Below are positions 27,336-43,557 of a stretch of 64,000 nt of DNA, piece after piece. The stretch's first letter is position 1. The number at the start of each line of letters is the position of its first letter. Below the pieces are notes generated by a model. The model was not told the DNA's origin and made no database searches. It saw nothing but the letters and a program-made list of their open reading frames with translations. The position numbers were made by a program, and so were the translations under genes. The DNA comes from Octopus vulgaris (Eukaryota): contig OX597814.1 of the NCBI GenBank assembly GCA_951406725.2, positions 219,232,001 to 219,296,000 of the forward strand. The letters are read 5' to 3'.

Positions 27336-28759
27336 TACGTACATTCGTTCATCCATCCGTCGGTTCCTTCAAGTTTTACATTTTTTTCGTTAGCTTCTTG
27401 TGGATCGAATCCATCTGACGTTTCTTATGCCTTTCTGTATTCGGTATGCTACAAAATTAACCCATATCCTATTAAAATGACCCTCTTCCTGAAAACCCAA
27501 AACGAATCCGCATCACCCACTTTTTGTCATTATAGGATTGGTAGATCGTTTAGTTTAGATGACAAAACTTTTGGCGGTAAATTTGCGGTGCCGCGAAGGA
27601 TGTAATTACTGAAATACTGCGTCAATGCGATTCGTAATTTTAACCCTTTACGGAAGGCTAAAAGGTGGGGTTGTTAATAAGATAGTAGTTGTAATATTGG
27701 TTCAACTAACTTCTTGGAAAAAAACGACCAGCTTTTCGCTTGAAAAGCAAAGGTGCGCAAGGCCCCTGAAATAGGGTGTGCAGGGGTGTGCTTGCACCCC
27801 TTGGATTTTTCGTGGGAGCGCAAAATCAAAATTTTTACCCTCTTTACCTTTCCCAGGTTTAGGAAAATATTTAAAAAGTGATTTATAAAAAGTTAAGAGT
27901 TAAACTAAAATGTAGAACCAAAGAAAAAAGCCCAGAAAGCCATATTACTGAACTAAAGCTTCATCAACATCAAAATTATAAGAATATATGACCATTCCTC
28001 AATACTAGCAGAATTGATTACCTATTAAACTCCACAATTACGGGCCCTTCACAGTCAAAATTCCTCATTTCCTCTGAATAACACATCATCATCCTCATTG
28101 CTATCTTGGTCCACTGCTATGACTCTTGCCACAACTAATCAAGAAGGTCAAGAAGCACAGTCATTGCTCATTACTAGCACAATTGATAACCTATTAAATA
28201 AGCCTCAACTTCGGGTTATTCCGACTATAACATTATACAATTATCTGTATGTGGTTCAAAGAGGTCAACACGCACAAATAACACCAAACATGACTCGCTC
28301 CTTATGAACTTGAATTCCAGGAAGGCCAAGTGGGAGAAAATCGAAACTGAAACACTCGAAACCAACTGGTCTCTGCATATAGGCGACCTCAGTGTTAACA
28401 AGAGAATGAAGTTTCTGTGCAAAGAGTTAATGTGTCGAAAGCACGCCCCATATAAACATGCCTATCCTCGAAAGAATTTGATTCCATGAGATGACGGATA
28501 TTAATGTGTAACAGAGACAAACCAACAAAACAATTAAAAAAAGAACTCTCCCAAAAGATGAGTTGGAATAAAAAAAAAACGAAGAAAATAAAGAACATCA
28601 AACTGGACCTAAAACTATCTTATTAAAAGGGAACTTAGTTAAGAGAACACCGAACAGTGGGAAATAGAAATATATTCCTAAGTTCTTTTTCCACTTTGCT
28701 AAACAAAAATCAGCTACTCATAACCAGATTGGATCCTTGATTGATGAAAATAGATCATA

Positions 28760-30745
28760 TGCTAGATGCTCTCCATTATGCTACACTCGGTTTGTACATT
28801 GCAATTACTAGAATCTGTCCTACATTTTATTGCGGCTTTTGCAGGGACATTCCACCAATACTCTTTCATATTATGAGTGGCTTCGGTCTCTCCCACATTG
28901 TGGGTTCTTATCTCTTTGGCTTCAGAATTATGCTTCCGACGGATCGCATTGTGCATTTCATCCGATGATATGTTGCAGTAGTTATGCAACTTCTTTGGGC
29001 ATGTATTCGATGTTATCAGAGAGAAAATATTTCTCGAGGAGCCGCTTTCTAAGTCTCATGATGTCCTCTGCTTTGTGTATGTAAGCTTGATCAATGAATG
29101 CAATTCGACACTTGTTGACAAAGGGATATAATGTAACATTCAAAAGGTGTCTGGATCGATGTTACACTTCAGCCTCCTTGTTTTCGGTTTAGCTAGTCTA
29201 CGTCATTGTTGATGTAAATTATCCTCTGCTTGTAGGTATCTTTCGGGTTTTCATATCAATGGCTCGGATTTCGTCAAGTGTTCAATCACGAAGCCCAAAT
29301 GTTGGTACGTGTACTGGTACTGCAATCACATTGTGAGTCACTGGTTTATTGTATGCAGAGTTCTGAGGTCCATATGTTTCTTATTCGGCTGTTATATTTT
29401 TGACTGAAGTGTTCCATGCGACAGATACCTTTGTAAGATATGTTTTCATCAACCACTAGTTACCTGTAACATTTTTCAAGCGTAGGAGAAACTGTGACAT
29501 TCTTGGTAGATATGCTCTTAGTCTGCTTTAGTTTTCTTACCTTTCACAGCCACACAAGAACATTTTATCCTGACTAAACGCCAATCTTATATCCTTTGAG
29601 ATTGTTGTAATTAGGTGTATACTATTTTTTGCGGTGGAGGCGCAATGGCCCAGTGGTTAGGGCAGCGGACTCGCGGTCATAGGATCGCGGTTTCGATTCC
29701 CAGACCGGGCGTTGTGAGTGTTTATTGAGCGAAAACACCTTAAGGCTCCACGCGGCTCCGGCAGGGATGGTGGTGATCCCTGCTGTGCTCTCTCACCACA
29801 ACTTTCTCTCACTCTTACTTCCTGTTTCTGTTGTACCTGTATTTCAAGGGGCCGGCCTTGTCACTCTCTGTGTCACGCTGAATATCCCCGAGAACTACGT
29901 TAAGGGTACACGTGTCTGTGGAGTGCTCAGCCACTTACACGTTAATTTCACGAGCAGGCTGTTCCGTTGTTTCGATCAACCGGAACCCTCGTCGTCGTAA
30001 CCGACGGAGTGCTTCCAATTAGGTGTATACTCTTTTTTGCGGTGGAGGCGCAATGGCCCAGTGGTTAGGGCGCGGACTCGCGGTCATAGGATCGCGGTTT
30101 CGATTCCCAGACCGGGCGTTGTGAGTGTTTATTGAGCGAAAACACCTTCAGGCTCCACGAGGCTCCGGCAGGGGATGGTGGTGATCCCTGCTGTACTATT
30201 TCACCACAACTTTCTCTCACTCTTACTTCCTGTTTCTGTTGTACCTGTATTTCAAGGGGCCGGCCTTGTCACTCTCTGTGTCACGCTGAATATCCCCCGA
30301 GAACTACGTTAAGGGTGCACGACGTTAATTTCACGAGCAGGCTGTTCCGTTGTTTCGGATCAACCGGAACCCTCGTCGTCGTAACCGACGGAGTGCTTCC
30401 ACACTCTTTTTTGAATTTCATGCATATTTTTGACATACAGCTTCCAATCATCCACAAAGAAGCCGTGTGTAATTCTCGTATTTCTGTGAACCAATGAGAT
30501 ACTCTTCAGACTTCCTCAACATGAATGACAAGGAGTTTACTGGAAATATGAAGAGTATCACTGAGAGACGCTCTCATTCTCTGCGAGGCTGTAGTTTATC
30601 AGTGATAATACAAACAATTCTTGTATTTAACTTCAAGATGGTGGCTCAGGACGAAGTCAGATGGGCTATGGCTACGATTATGTTCTTTGGATCTTTAATA
30701 AATCAAAAGGCCTCTAGCATCTACGAGTGGAGGACAGAGTCAAAA
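28760..30745 (-). mobile_element. Degenerate R4/Dong-like element interrupted by two SINEs (duplicated at ~40897-42890; partial copies at 20903-21283 and 23635-24183)
   Basis: Minus-strand ITHGFFVDDWKLYV (RT motif, ORF 42423-42635), NVIAVPV remnant, EYWWNVP (ILWD-like). Confidence 0.68.
29634..30400 (+). mobile_element. Two tandem family B SINEs (29634-30016, 30042-30400)
   Basis: tRNA-like head ggaggcgcaatggcccagtggttagggcagcggactcgcgg, B box gtttcgattcc, tail gtcgtaaccgacggagtgcttcc; duplicated flank aattaggtgtatact.ttttttgcg. Confidence 0.92.
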
Positions 30746-31190
30746 GCATACATACATACATACATACATACATACATACATACATACATACATACACACA
30801 TACATGCATACATACATACATACATACATACGTACATACATACATACATACACACACATACATACATACATACATACACACATACATACACACATACATA
30901 CATACATACACACATACATACATGCATACATACATAATGACATACATACATACATACATACACACATATATACACACATACACACATACATACACACATA
31001 CATACACACATACATACACACATACATACATACATACATACACACACATACATAAATACATACATACATACATACATACATACACACATACACACACATA
31101 CATACATACATACACACATACATACATAGATACATACATACATACACACATACATAATACACACATACATACATACACACATACATGCAC

Positions 31191-31223
<33 letters not shown>

Positions 31224-31332
31224 CATACACACATACATACATACACACACACATACAAACATATACATACACACATACATACACACATACATACACACAT
31301 ACATACATACATACATACATACATACACACAT

Positions 31333-31363
<31 letters not shown>

Positions 31364-31407
31364 TACACACACATACATACATACATACATACATACATAC
31401 ATACACG
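30746..31407. repeat. ~0.66-kb (TACA)n/(CA)n satellite
   Basis: Directly visible. Confidence 0.98.
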
Positions 31408-31544
31408 TACGTACATTCGTTCATCCATCCGTCGGTTCCTTCAAGTTTTACATTTTTTTCGTTAGCTTCTTGTAGATCGAATCCATCTGACGTTTCTTAT
31501 GCCTTTCTGTATTCGGTATGCTACAAAATTAACCCATATCCTAT

Positions 31545-31644
31545 NNNNNNNNNNNNNNNNNNNNNNNNNNNNNNNNNNNNNNNNNNNNNNNNNNNNNNNN
31601 NNNNNNNNNNNNNNNNNNNNNNNNNNNNNNNNNNNNNNNNNNNN
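31545..31644. other. Assembly gap (100 N)
   Basis: Run of n. Confidence 1.
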
Positions 31645-31738
31645 CCCCTGGAAAAATAAGGGATGTTACCTTAGTTCACTGGTAATGAAACAGTTAGCAC
31701 TGTAGTACATCTCCAGCGTTAGAATTTGTGTAATGACA

Positions 31739-31853
<115 letters not shown>

Positions 31854-34800
31854 GTCAATTAACGAAATCCAGTAATCTTAACAAAAAAATACCAAAAACT
31901 GTTGACAATGGCACAGAACACACCACCCTAAGTATAAAGATCTTGAAACAGAAATTGGCAAAATGTGGAACCTCAAGACTAAAACAATACCTGTTGTTAT
32001 AGGTTTCCTAGAAACGATAGCAAAAGGGGCTGGATTGCTACCTAGCTCAGATACCAGGAAATCCCAAAATGGCAGAAATTCAAATAATGTCAAGAAGAGT
32101 AGCTATTAAATCAGCATTTTAAACGATGTCTTCACTTGACAATCATTTCATGGCGCTTCTTAAATGAATGTCGGCTCTCGCTCATAGTAATGGCCATAGT
32201 CTTGCATAAACATAATCTGCAGCTACGTCCAGCTGATTGATAGGTAGAAATGATAGGGTAGAAATGATAAGTAACAATCCCTTTCGATTTTAATTTAAAG
32301 ATTTATGCAGGTATGGAAAGATATAAAGTCGCTTATTAGTAAACGATTTATGATGCATACCGAGCTGGCTTATAAACAAAGCCGGTTGTAGGATCTGTAG
32401 GATATTGGTTTCAAATTTTGGCACAAGGCCAGCAAGTTTTGGGAAGAATTTGAGTCGATTACATTGACCCTAGTGCTTAACTGGTGCTTATTTTATCGAC
32501 TCCCGAAAGGATGAAAAGCAAAGTAGACTGCGGCGGAATTAGAACTCAGAACGTAATGGCGGACGTAATACCGCTAAGCAATAGAGAATTAACATTAGTG
32601 ACGAACTTAAGGCGGCAAGCTGGCAGAATCGTTAGAAAGTCGGGCAACATGCTTAGCAGCTTTTCGCCCGTCTTCATGTTTCCAGTTCAAATTCCGCTGA
32701 GGTCGACTTTAGCTTTCATTCTTTTGGAGTCGATAAAATAAGTACAGTTGAGTACTGGGCTCTATATAATTGACTTATCCTCCCTGAATTCACTGGCCTT
32801 GTGCCGAAATTTGAAACCAAGATAAGAGGGGTAATGGGTTATAAACATTAAATCCAGTTTATCAGGTGCTGCTTGGTCGATAATGGAGATAGTTTTACTT
32901 ACATTGCAATTACTAGAATCTGTCCTACATTTTATTGCGGCTTTTGCAGGGACATTCCACCAATACTCTTTCATATTATGAGTGGCTTCGGTCTCTCCTC
33001 TTACATTGTGGGTTCTTATCTCTTTGGCTTCAGAATTATGCTTCCGACGGATCGCATTGTGCATTTCATCCGATGATATGTTGCAGTAGTTATGCAACTT
33101 CTTTTAAAGGCATGTATTCGATGTTATCAGAGAGAAAATATTTCTCGAGGAGCTGCTTTCTCAGTCTCATGATGTCCTCTGCTTTGTGTATGTAAGCTTG
33201 ATCAATGAATGCAATTCGACACTTGTTGACAAAGGGATATAATGTAACATTCAAAAGGTGTCTGGATCGATGTTACACTTCAGCAAGAACAAAGAGTTAA
33301 ACTAAAATGTAAAACCAAAGAAAAAAGCCCAGAAAGTCATATTACTGAACTAAAGCTTCATCAACATCAAAATTAAAGAATATATGACCATTCCTCAATA
33401 CTAGCAGAATTGATGACCTATTAAACTCCACAATTACGGGCCCTTCACAGTCAAAATTCCTCATTTCCTCTGAATAACACATCATCATCCTCATTGCTAT
33501 CTTGGTCTACTGCTATGACTCTTGCCTGCGCAAAGGTCAACGAGCACAGTCATTGCTCATTACTAGTACAATTGATAACCTATTAAATAATACACTCCCT
33601 GGCTCTTCTTCACGGTCAGGCTTTTCAAATTTCTCATTCTCTCAGAATAGCACGAAAGATCCATCATCAGCATTGTCATCGTATTCTACGATTACAACCG
33701 TTGTCACAACTACAACTCCAATTCGTGAAGGATCACTCTTTTCTCCTCCCCACTGTCAGCCTCAATTCGAATGTATACCCAACAGCTACGTGATAAATCT
33801 GCTAACTATAAACAAAGTAAAATCTACGAACACATGAAACCCCAGAAATATGCCGCTATTCTCAATGCAAAAAACTATGCATTCGCTGTAACTGCAGCTT
33901 CACCCATTTACTTGGGACACTATGCACAATTCATACAAGCAATACCGGCTCACGTCGAAGCACACATCATACAACACTACCATCACCACCAAATACTAAA
34001 TCACGCTTAATAGTTTCTACACATGTAATCCAGAATCCTAAAATCTGCTGCTATTTCCAACCAGAAAGATTATGTCTGAAGCGTGTCTGTCCTTTCACTC
34101 ATCTTCCAGGGATTCGATGCACTATTAAAAGTATGACTCCAAGCCACCGGAAATCCATAGTAGAAACATCCTTTACAGTGACTGTGTTAGTCCAGACTTT
34201 CACTGAAACCCAGAAGTCACTGAATACAATGGTAAAATCAACAGGCGCCAATAATATAACTGTCTTCAGCTGTGCAACTATAACAACTTCAGATAACAAT
34301 AAAATAAAATTTTTTTGGTTAGTCACGATGAATCTGGCAAAAGAATTTTAAGGTCTATCATACATCACAAATCGAGCAAAAGTATCACATCTTAGAAGCT
34401 TTGCACATCGAGAAAATACTGATATGTGTAGTACTAAGATAAGACACCCCTGACCTCAGACATATTGGATGTAGAAGTACCTATGTCAGATTATGTACTA
34501 CACAGAACTTACCACAGAATAAGGAAACAAGGAGAAATAGCGATCTTCATCCAAAAAGATTTGGCAACAATACCGTCCTCTCCCACTCCAACACGTCTGC
34601 GATACACTATTAATAATTCATGTGATCGACTTCACTTTGACCAAAAGCATTACCTACCATCCTCCTGACGCAGCAAATCACAGAGGTCACTTCAGATATA
34701 CTTTGTCGCTCGTAAGTCAAACCCCAAATGAGGTCAGCCCACTGGCCAATGTACTTTAAATAGCAGACTTAAATTTTTCCTAGTCTCAACTAGCCTGAGA

Positions 34801-36198
34801 GTTATGTCTGTCCTGGAATATGATATGAATTATCTTCTCTGGATATGAATTATCTAGTCTACACCTCTAAAGCCTTTCTCATGTAACAAATCATTGCTCG
34901 TCCAGCTGGGGGAAATAACATACTTGACCTAGTCTTTACCACCAATACAGACTCCGTTCGCAATCTTCAGGTCATTCCCACAGCTATTTCCGACTATAAC
35001 ATTATACAATTATCTGTATGTGGTTCAAAGAGGTCAACACGCACAAATAACACCAAACATGACTCGCTCCTTATGAACTTGAATTCCAGGAAGGCCAAGT
35101 GGGAGAAAATCGAAACTGAAACACTCGAAACCAACAGGTCTCTGCATATAGGCGACCTCAGTGTTAACAAGAGAATAAGCCAGTTTCTGTGCAAAGAGTT
35201 AATCTGTCGAAAGCACGCCCCATATAAACATGCCTATCCTCGAAAGAATTTGATTCCATCAGATGACGGATATTAATGTGTAACAGAGACAAACCAACAA
35301 AACAATTAAAAAAAGAACTCTCCCAAAAGATGAGTTGGAATAAAAAAAAAACGAAGAAAATAAAGAACATCAAACTGGACCTAAAACTATCTTATTAAAA
35401 GGGAACTTAGTTAAGAGAACACCGAACAGTGGGAAATAGAAATATATTCCTAAGTTCTTTTTCCACTTTGCTAAATAAAAATCAGCTACTCATAACCAGA
35501 TTGGATCCCTAATTGATGAAAATAGATCATATGAGTGGAGGAGCTGCACTAGTCTGTTGTAACCAAAGTTCAGTATCAAGGACCGGGTATTCTATTGTTA
35601 GGGCCCTAGTGGGGTAATCTATAGCTCCCTTGATACTTTTGGTAGATGCTGGATGCTCTCCATTATGCTACACTCGGTTTCTACATTGCAATTACTAGAA
35701 TCTGTCCTACATTTTATTGCGGCTGTGACATTATTGGTAGATATGCTCTTAGTCTGGTTTAGCGTTCTTACCTTTTCCACAACCACACAAGAACATTTTG
35801 TCCTGACTAAACTCAAATCTTATATCCTTTGAGATTGTTGTAATTAGGTGTATACTCTTTTTTTGCATTTCATGCATATTTTTGACATACAGCTTCCAAT
35901 CATCCACAAAGAAGCCGTGTGTAATGTTCGTATTTCTGTGAATCGATGAGATACTCTTCAGACTTCCTCAACATGAACGACAAGGAGTTTACTGAAAATA
36001 TGAAGAGTATCACCGAGAGACGCTCTCATTCTCTGCGAGGCTGTAGTTTATCAGTGATAATACAAACAGTTCTCGTATTTAACTTCAAGATGGTGGCTCA
36101 GGACGAAGTCAGATGGGCTATGGCTACGATTATGTTCTCTGGAACTTTAATAAATCAAAAGGCCTCTAGCATCTACGAGTGGAGGACAGAGTCAAGAG

Positions 36199-38212
36199 CA
36201 TACATACATACACACACACACATAGATACATACATACATACATACATACGCACATACATACATACACACATACATACACACATACATACACACATACACA
36301 CATACATACACACATACATACACACAAACACATACATACATACATATATACATACATACATACACACATACATACACACATACATACACACATACACACA
36401 TACATACACACATACATACACACATACATACATACATACACACACACATACATACATACATACATACACACATACATACACACATACACACATACATACA
36501 CACATACATACATACACATATACATACATACACACATACATACATACATACACACACATACATACATACACACATACATACACACATACATACACACACA
36601 TTCATACATACACACATACATACATACATACATACATACATACATACATACATACATACATACATACATGCATACATATATACACACATACATACATACA
36701 CACATACACACATACACACATACATACACACATACATACACACATATATACATACATACACACAAACACATACATACATACATATATACATACATACATA
36801 CACACATACATACACACATACATACACACATACACACATACATACACACATACATACACACATACATACATACATACACACACACATACATACATACATA
36901 CATACACACATACATACACACATACACACATACATACACATACATACATACACATATACATACATACACACATACATACATACATACACACACATACATA
37001 CATACACACATACATACACACATACATACACACACATTCATACATACACACATACATACATACATACATGCACTCATACATACATACATACATACATACA
37101 TACATACATGCATACATATATACACACATACATACATACACACATACACACATACACACATACATACACACACATACATACATACACACATACATACACA
37201 CATACATACATACATACATACATACATACACACACACATACATACATACATACACACATACATACACACATACACACATACATACACACATACATACATA
37301 CACACATACATACACACATACATACATACATACACACATACATACATACACACATACATACACACATACATACATACATACATACACATACATACATACA
37401 CACATACATACACACATACATACACACACATTCATACATACACATACATACATACACACATACATACACACATACATACACACATACACACATACATACA
37501 CACATACATACACACATATATACATACACACATCATACATACATACACACATGCATACACACACACATACATACATACATACATACATACATACATACAT
37601 ACATACATACATACATACACACATTGATACATACACACATACACACACACATACATACACACAAACATACATACATACATACTTACACACGTACATACAC
37701 ACATACACACACATACACACATACATACATACATATATACATACATACATACACACATACATACATACATACATACATACATACATACATACATACACAC
37801 ATACATACATACACACATACATACATACATACATACACATACATACACACATACATACATACATACACACATACATACATACACACATACATACACACAT
37901 ACATACATACATACATACACACACATACATACATAAATACATACACACATACATACACACATACATATATACACACATACATATATACACACATACATAC
38001 ACACATACATACATATATACATACACACACACACATACATACATACATCCATACATGCACACACACATACATACACACATACATACACACACATTCATAC
38101 ATACACACATACATACATACATACATACATACATACACACACACATACATACATACATACATACACACATACATACACACACATTCATACATACACACAT
38201 ACATACATACAT

Positions 38213-38245
<33 letters not shown>

Positions 38246-39335
38246 TACACACATACATACATACATACATACATACATACATACATACATACATACATAA
38301 ATACATACATACATACACACACATACACACACACTTACACACTTACACACATACATACATACATACATACATACATACATACATACATACATACATACAT
38401 ACATACATACATACATACATACATACATACATACACACATAGATACATACATACACACACATACATAAATACATACATACACACATACATACATACATAC
38501 ACGCATTCATACATACATACATACACACACATATATACATACATACATACACACATACACACATACATACATACATACATACATACACACATACATACAT
38601 ACATACATACATACATACACACATACATACACACATACATACATACATACACACGTACATACATACATACACACATACACACATACATACATACATACAT
38701 ACATACATAATACATACATACACACATACATACATACATACATATATACATACATACACACATACACACATACATACATACATACATCCATACACACATA
38801 CATACATACATACATACATACACATACATACACACATACATACATACATACACACGTACATACATACATACACACATACATACATACATACATACATACA
38901 TACACACATACATACATACATACATACATACACATACATACATACACACATACATACATACATATACACACACACACACACATACATACATACATATACA
39001 CATACATACATACATACACACACACATACACACACATACAGACACACATACATACACACATACATACATGCACTCATACATACACACATACACACATACA
39101 TACACACATACATACATACACACATACATACATACATACACACACACATACATACATACATACAAACACATACATACATTCATACATACATACATACATA
39201 CGTACATACATACACACATACATACATACATACATACATACATACACATACATACATACATACATACATCCATACACACATACATACATACATACAAACA
39301 CACACACATACATACATACATACATACATACACGT
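36199..39335. repeat. ~3.1-kb (TACA)n/(CA)n satellite
   Basis: Directly visible; paralog of 24184-27335. Confidence 0.98.
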
Positions 39336-41770
39336 ACGTACATTCGTTCATCCATCCGTCGGTTCCTTCAAGTTTTACATTTTTTTCGTTAGCTTCTTGT
39401 GGATCGAATCCATCTGACGTTTCTTATGCCTTTCTGTATTCGGTATGCTACAAAATTAACCCATATCCTATTAAATGACCCTCTTCCTGAAAACCCAAAA
39501 CGAATCCGCATCACCCACTTTTTGTCATTATAGGATTGGTAGATCGTTTAGTTTAGATGACAAAACTTTTGGCGGTAAATTTGCGGTGCCGCGAAGGATG
39601 TAATTACTGAAATACTGCGTCAATGCGATTCGTAATTTTAACCCTTTACGGAAGGCTAAAAGGTGGGGTTGTTAATAAGATAGTAGTTGTAATATTGGTT
39701 CAACTAACTTCTTGGAAAAAAACGACCAGCTTTTCGCTTGAAAAGCAAAGGTGCGCAAGGCCCCTGAAATAGGGTGTGCAGGGGTGTGCTTGCACCCCTT
39801 GGATTTTTCGTGGGAGCGCAAAATCAAAATTTGTGCCCTCTACTTACCTTTCCCAGGTTTAGGAAAATATTTAAAAAGTGATTTATAAAAAGTTAAGAGT
39901 TAAACTAAAATGTAGAACCAAAGAAAAAAGCCCAGAAAGCCATATTACTGAACTAAAGCTTCATCAACATCAAAATTATAAGAATATATGACCATTCCTC
40001 AATACTAGCAGAATTGATTACCTATTAAACTCCACAATTACGGGCCCTTCACAGTCAAAATTCCTCATTTCCTCTGAATAACACATCATCATCCTCATTG
40101 CTATCTTGGTCCACTGCTATGACTCTTGCCACAACTAATCAAGAAGGTCAAGAAGCACAGTCATTGCTCATTACTAGCACAATTGATAACCTATTAAATA
40201 AGCCTCAACTTCGGGTTATTCCGACTATAACATTATACAATTATCTGTATGTGGTTCAAAGAGGTCAACACGCACAAATAACACCAAACATGACTCGCTC
40301 CTTATGAACTTGAATTCCAGGAAGGCCAAGTGGGAGAAAATCGAAACTGAAACACTCGAAACCAACTGGTCTCTGCATATAGGCGACCTCAATGTTAACA
40401 AAGGAATGAAGTATCTGTGCAAAGAGTTAACCTGTCGAAAGCACACCCCATATAAACATGCCTATCCTCGAAAGAAATTGATTCCATGAGATGACGGATA
40501 TTAATGTGTAACAGAGCCAAACCAACAAAACAATTAAAAAAAGAATTCTCCCAAAAGATGAGTTGGAATAAAAAAAAAAACGAAGAGAATAAAGAACATC
40601 GAACTGGACCTAAAACTATCTTATTAAAAGGGAACTTAGTTAAGAGAACACCGAACAGTGGAAAATAGAAATATATTCCTAAGTTCTTTTTCCACTTTGC
40701 TAAACAAAAATCAGCTACTCATAACCAGATTGGATCCCTAATTGATGAAAATAGATCATATGAGTGGAGGAGCTGCACTCTGTTGTTCACAGTTTGTAAC
40801 CAAAGTTCAGTATCAAGGACAGGGATTCTATTGTTAGGGGCCTAGTGGGGTAATCTATAACTCCCTTGATACTTTTGGTAGATGGAGTTAGCTACATGCT
40901 AGATGCTCTCCATTATGCTACACTCGGTTTGTACATTGCAATTACTAGAATCTGTCCTACATTTTATTGCGGCTTTTGCAGGGACATTCCACCAATACTC
41001 TTTCATATTATGAGTGGCTTCGGTCTCTCCCACATTGTGGGTTCTTATCTCTTTGGCTTCAGAATTATGCTTCCGACGGATCGCATTGTGCATTTCATCC
41101 GATGATATGTTGCAGTAGTTATGCAACTTCTTTGGGCATGTATTCGATGTTATCAGAGAGAAAATATTTCTCGAGGAGCCGCTTTCTAAGTCTCATGATG
41201 TCCTCTGCTTTGTGTATGTAAGCTTGATCAATGAATGCAATTCGACACTTGTTGACAAAGGGATATAATGTAACATTCAAAAGGTGTCTGGATCGATGTT
41301 ACACTTCAGCCTCCTTGTTTTCGGTTTAGCTAGTCTACGTCATTGTTGATGTAAATTATCCTCTGCTTGTAGGTATCTTTCGGGTTTTCATATCAATGGC
41401 TCGGATTTCGTCAAGTGTTCAATCACGAAGCCCAAATGTTGGTACGTGTACTGGTACTGCAATCACATTGTGAGTCACTGGTTTATTGTATGCAGAGTTC
41501 TGAGGTCCATATGTTTCTTATTCGGCTGTTATATTTTTGACTGAAGTGTTCCATGCGACAGATACCTTTGTAAGATATGTTTTCATCAACCACTAGTTAC
41601 CTGTAACATTTTTCAAGCGTAGGAGAAACTGTGACATTCTTGGTAGATATGCTCTTAGTCTGCTTTAGTTTTCTTACCTTTCACAGCCACACAAGAACAT
41701 TTTATCCTGACTAAACGCCAATCTTATATCCTTTGAGATTGTTGTAATTAGGTGTATACTATTTTTTGCG

Positions 41771-42542
41771 GTGGAGGCGCAATGGCCCAGTGGTTAGGGC
41801 AGCGGACTCGCGGTCATAGGATCGCGGTTTCGATTCCCAGACCGGGCGTTGTGAGTGTTTATTGAGCGAAAACACCTTAAGGCTCCACGCGGCTCCGGCA
41901 GGGATGGTGGTGATCCCTGCTGTGCTCTCTCACCACAACTTTCTCTCACTCTTACTTCCTGTTTCTGTTGTACCTGTATTTCAAGGGGCCGGCCTTGTCA
42001 CTCTCTGTGTCACGCTGAATATCCCCGAGAACTACGTTAAGGGTACACGTGTCTGTGGAGTGCTCAGCCACTTACACGTTAATTTCACGAGCAGGCTGTT
42101 CCGTTGTTTCGGATCAACCGGAACCCTCGTCGTCGTAACCGACGGAGTGCTTCCAATTAGGTGTATACTCTTTTTTGCGGTGGAGGCGCAATGGCCCAGT
42201 GGTTAGGGCAGTAGCGGACTCGCGGTCATAGGATCGCGGTTTCGATTCCCAGACCGGGCGTTGTGAGTGTTTATTGAGCGAAAACACCTTCAGGCTCCAC
42301 GAGGCTCCGGCAGGGGATGGTGGTGATCCCTGCTGTACTATTTCACCACAACTTTCTCTCACTCTTACTTCCTGTTTCTGTTGTACCTGTATTTCAAGGG
42401 GCCGGCCTTGTCACTCTCTGTGTCACGCTGAATATCCCCCGAGAACTACGTTAAGGGTGCACGACGTTAATTTCACGAGCAGGCTGTTCCGTTGTTTCGG
42501 ATCAACCGGAACCCTCGTCGTCGTAACCGACGGAGTGCTTCC
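41771..42542 (+). mobile_element. Two tandem family B SINEs (paralog of 29634-30400)
   Basis: Same sequence and flanks. Confidence 0.92.
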
Positions 42543-42890
42543 ACACTCTTTTTGAATTTCATGCATATTTTTGACATACAGCTTCCAATCATCCACAAAG
42601 AAGCCGTGTGTAATTCTCGTATTTCTGTGAACCAATGAGATACTCTTCAGACTTCCTCAACATGAATGACAAGGAGTTTACTGGAAATATGAAGAGTATC
42701 ACTGAGAGACGCTCTCATTTTCTTCTGCGAGGCTGTAGTTTATCAGTGATAATACAAACAATTCTTGTATTTAACTTCAAGATGGTGGCTCAGGACGAAG
42801 TCAGATGGGCTATGGCTACGATTATGTTCTTTGGATCTTTAATAAATCAAAAGGCCTCTAGCATCTACGAGTGGAGGACAGAGTCAAAAG

Positions 42891-43342
42891 CATACATACA
42901 TACATACATACATACATACATACATACATACATACATACATACATACATACATACATACATACATACATACATACATACATACGTACATACATACATACA
43001 TACACACACATACATACATACATACATACACACATACATACACACATACATACATACATACACACATACATACATACATACATACATAATGACATACATA
43101 CATACATACATACACACATATATACACACATACACACATACATACACACATACATACACACATACATACACACATACATACATACATACATACACACACA
43201 TACATAAATACATACATACATACATACATACATACACACATACACACACATACATACATACATACACACATACATACATAGATACATACATACATACACA
43301 CATACATAATACACACATACATACATACACACATACATGCAC

Positions 43343-43375
<33 letters not shown>

Positions 43376-43484
43376 CATACACACATACATACATACACAC
43401 ACACATACAAACATATACATACACACATACATACACACATCCATACACACATACATACATACATACATACATACATACACACAT

Positions 43485-43515
<31 letters not shown>

Positions 43516-43557
43516 TACACACATACATACATACATACATACATACATACATACACG
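42891..43557. repeat. ~0.67-kb (TACA)n/(CA)n satellite
   Basis: Directly visible; paralog of 30746-31407. Confidence 0.98.

Noticed and set aside
23931-27605. Long ORFs (up to 784 aa) of HTYI or VCMY repeats, also at 30494-31659, 35946-39478 and 42635-43625
   Set aside because: Translation of (TACA/CA)n, which lacks stops in most frames on both strands; the unique N-terminal ~85 aa is the antisense of a decayed RT (FFVDDWKLY on minus strand)
27630-27810. ttaacccttt (piggyBac-like end) and ggggtgtgcttgcacccc hairpin in module E
   Set aside because: No matching second terminus or TSD found
29634-29710. tRNA gene-like sequences at SINE heads (also 11540-11613, 49421-49490, 56214-56285)
   Set aside because: They continue into SINE bodies with TSDs; these are tRNA-derived heads, not tRNA genes
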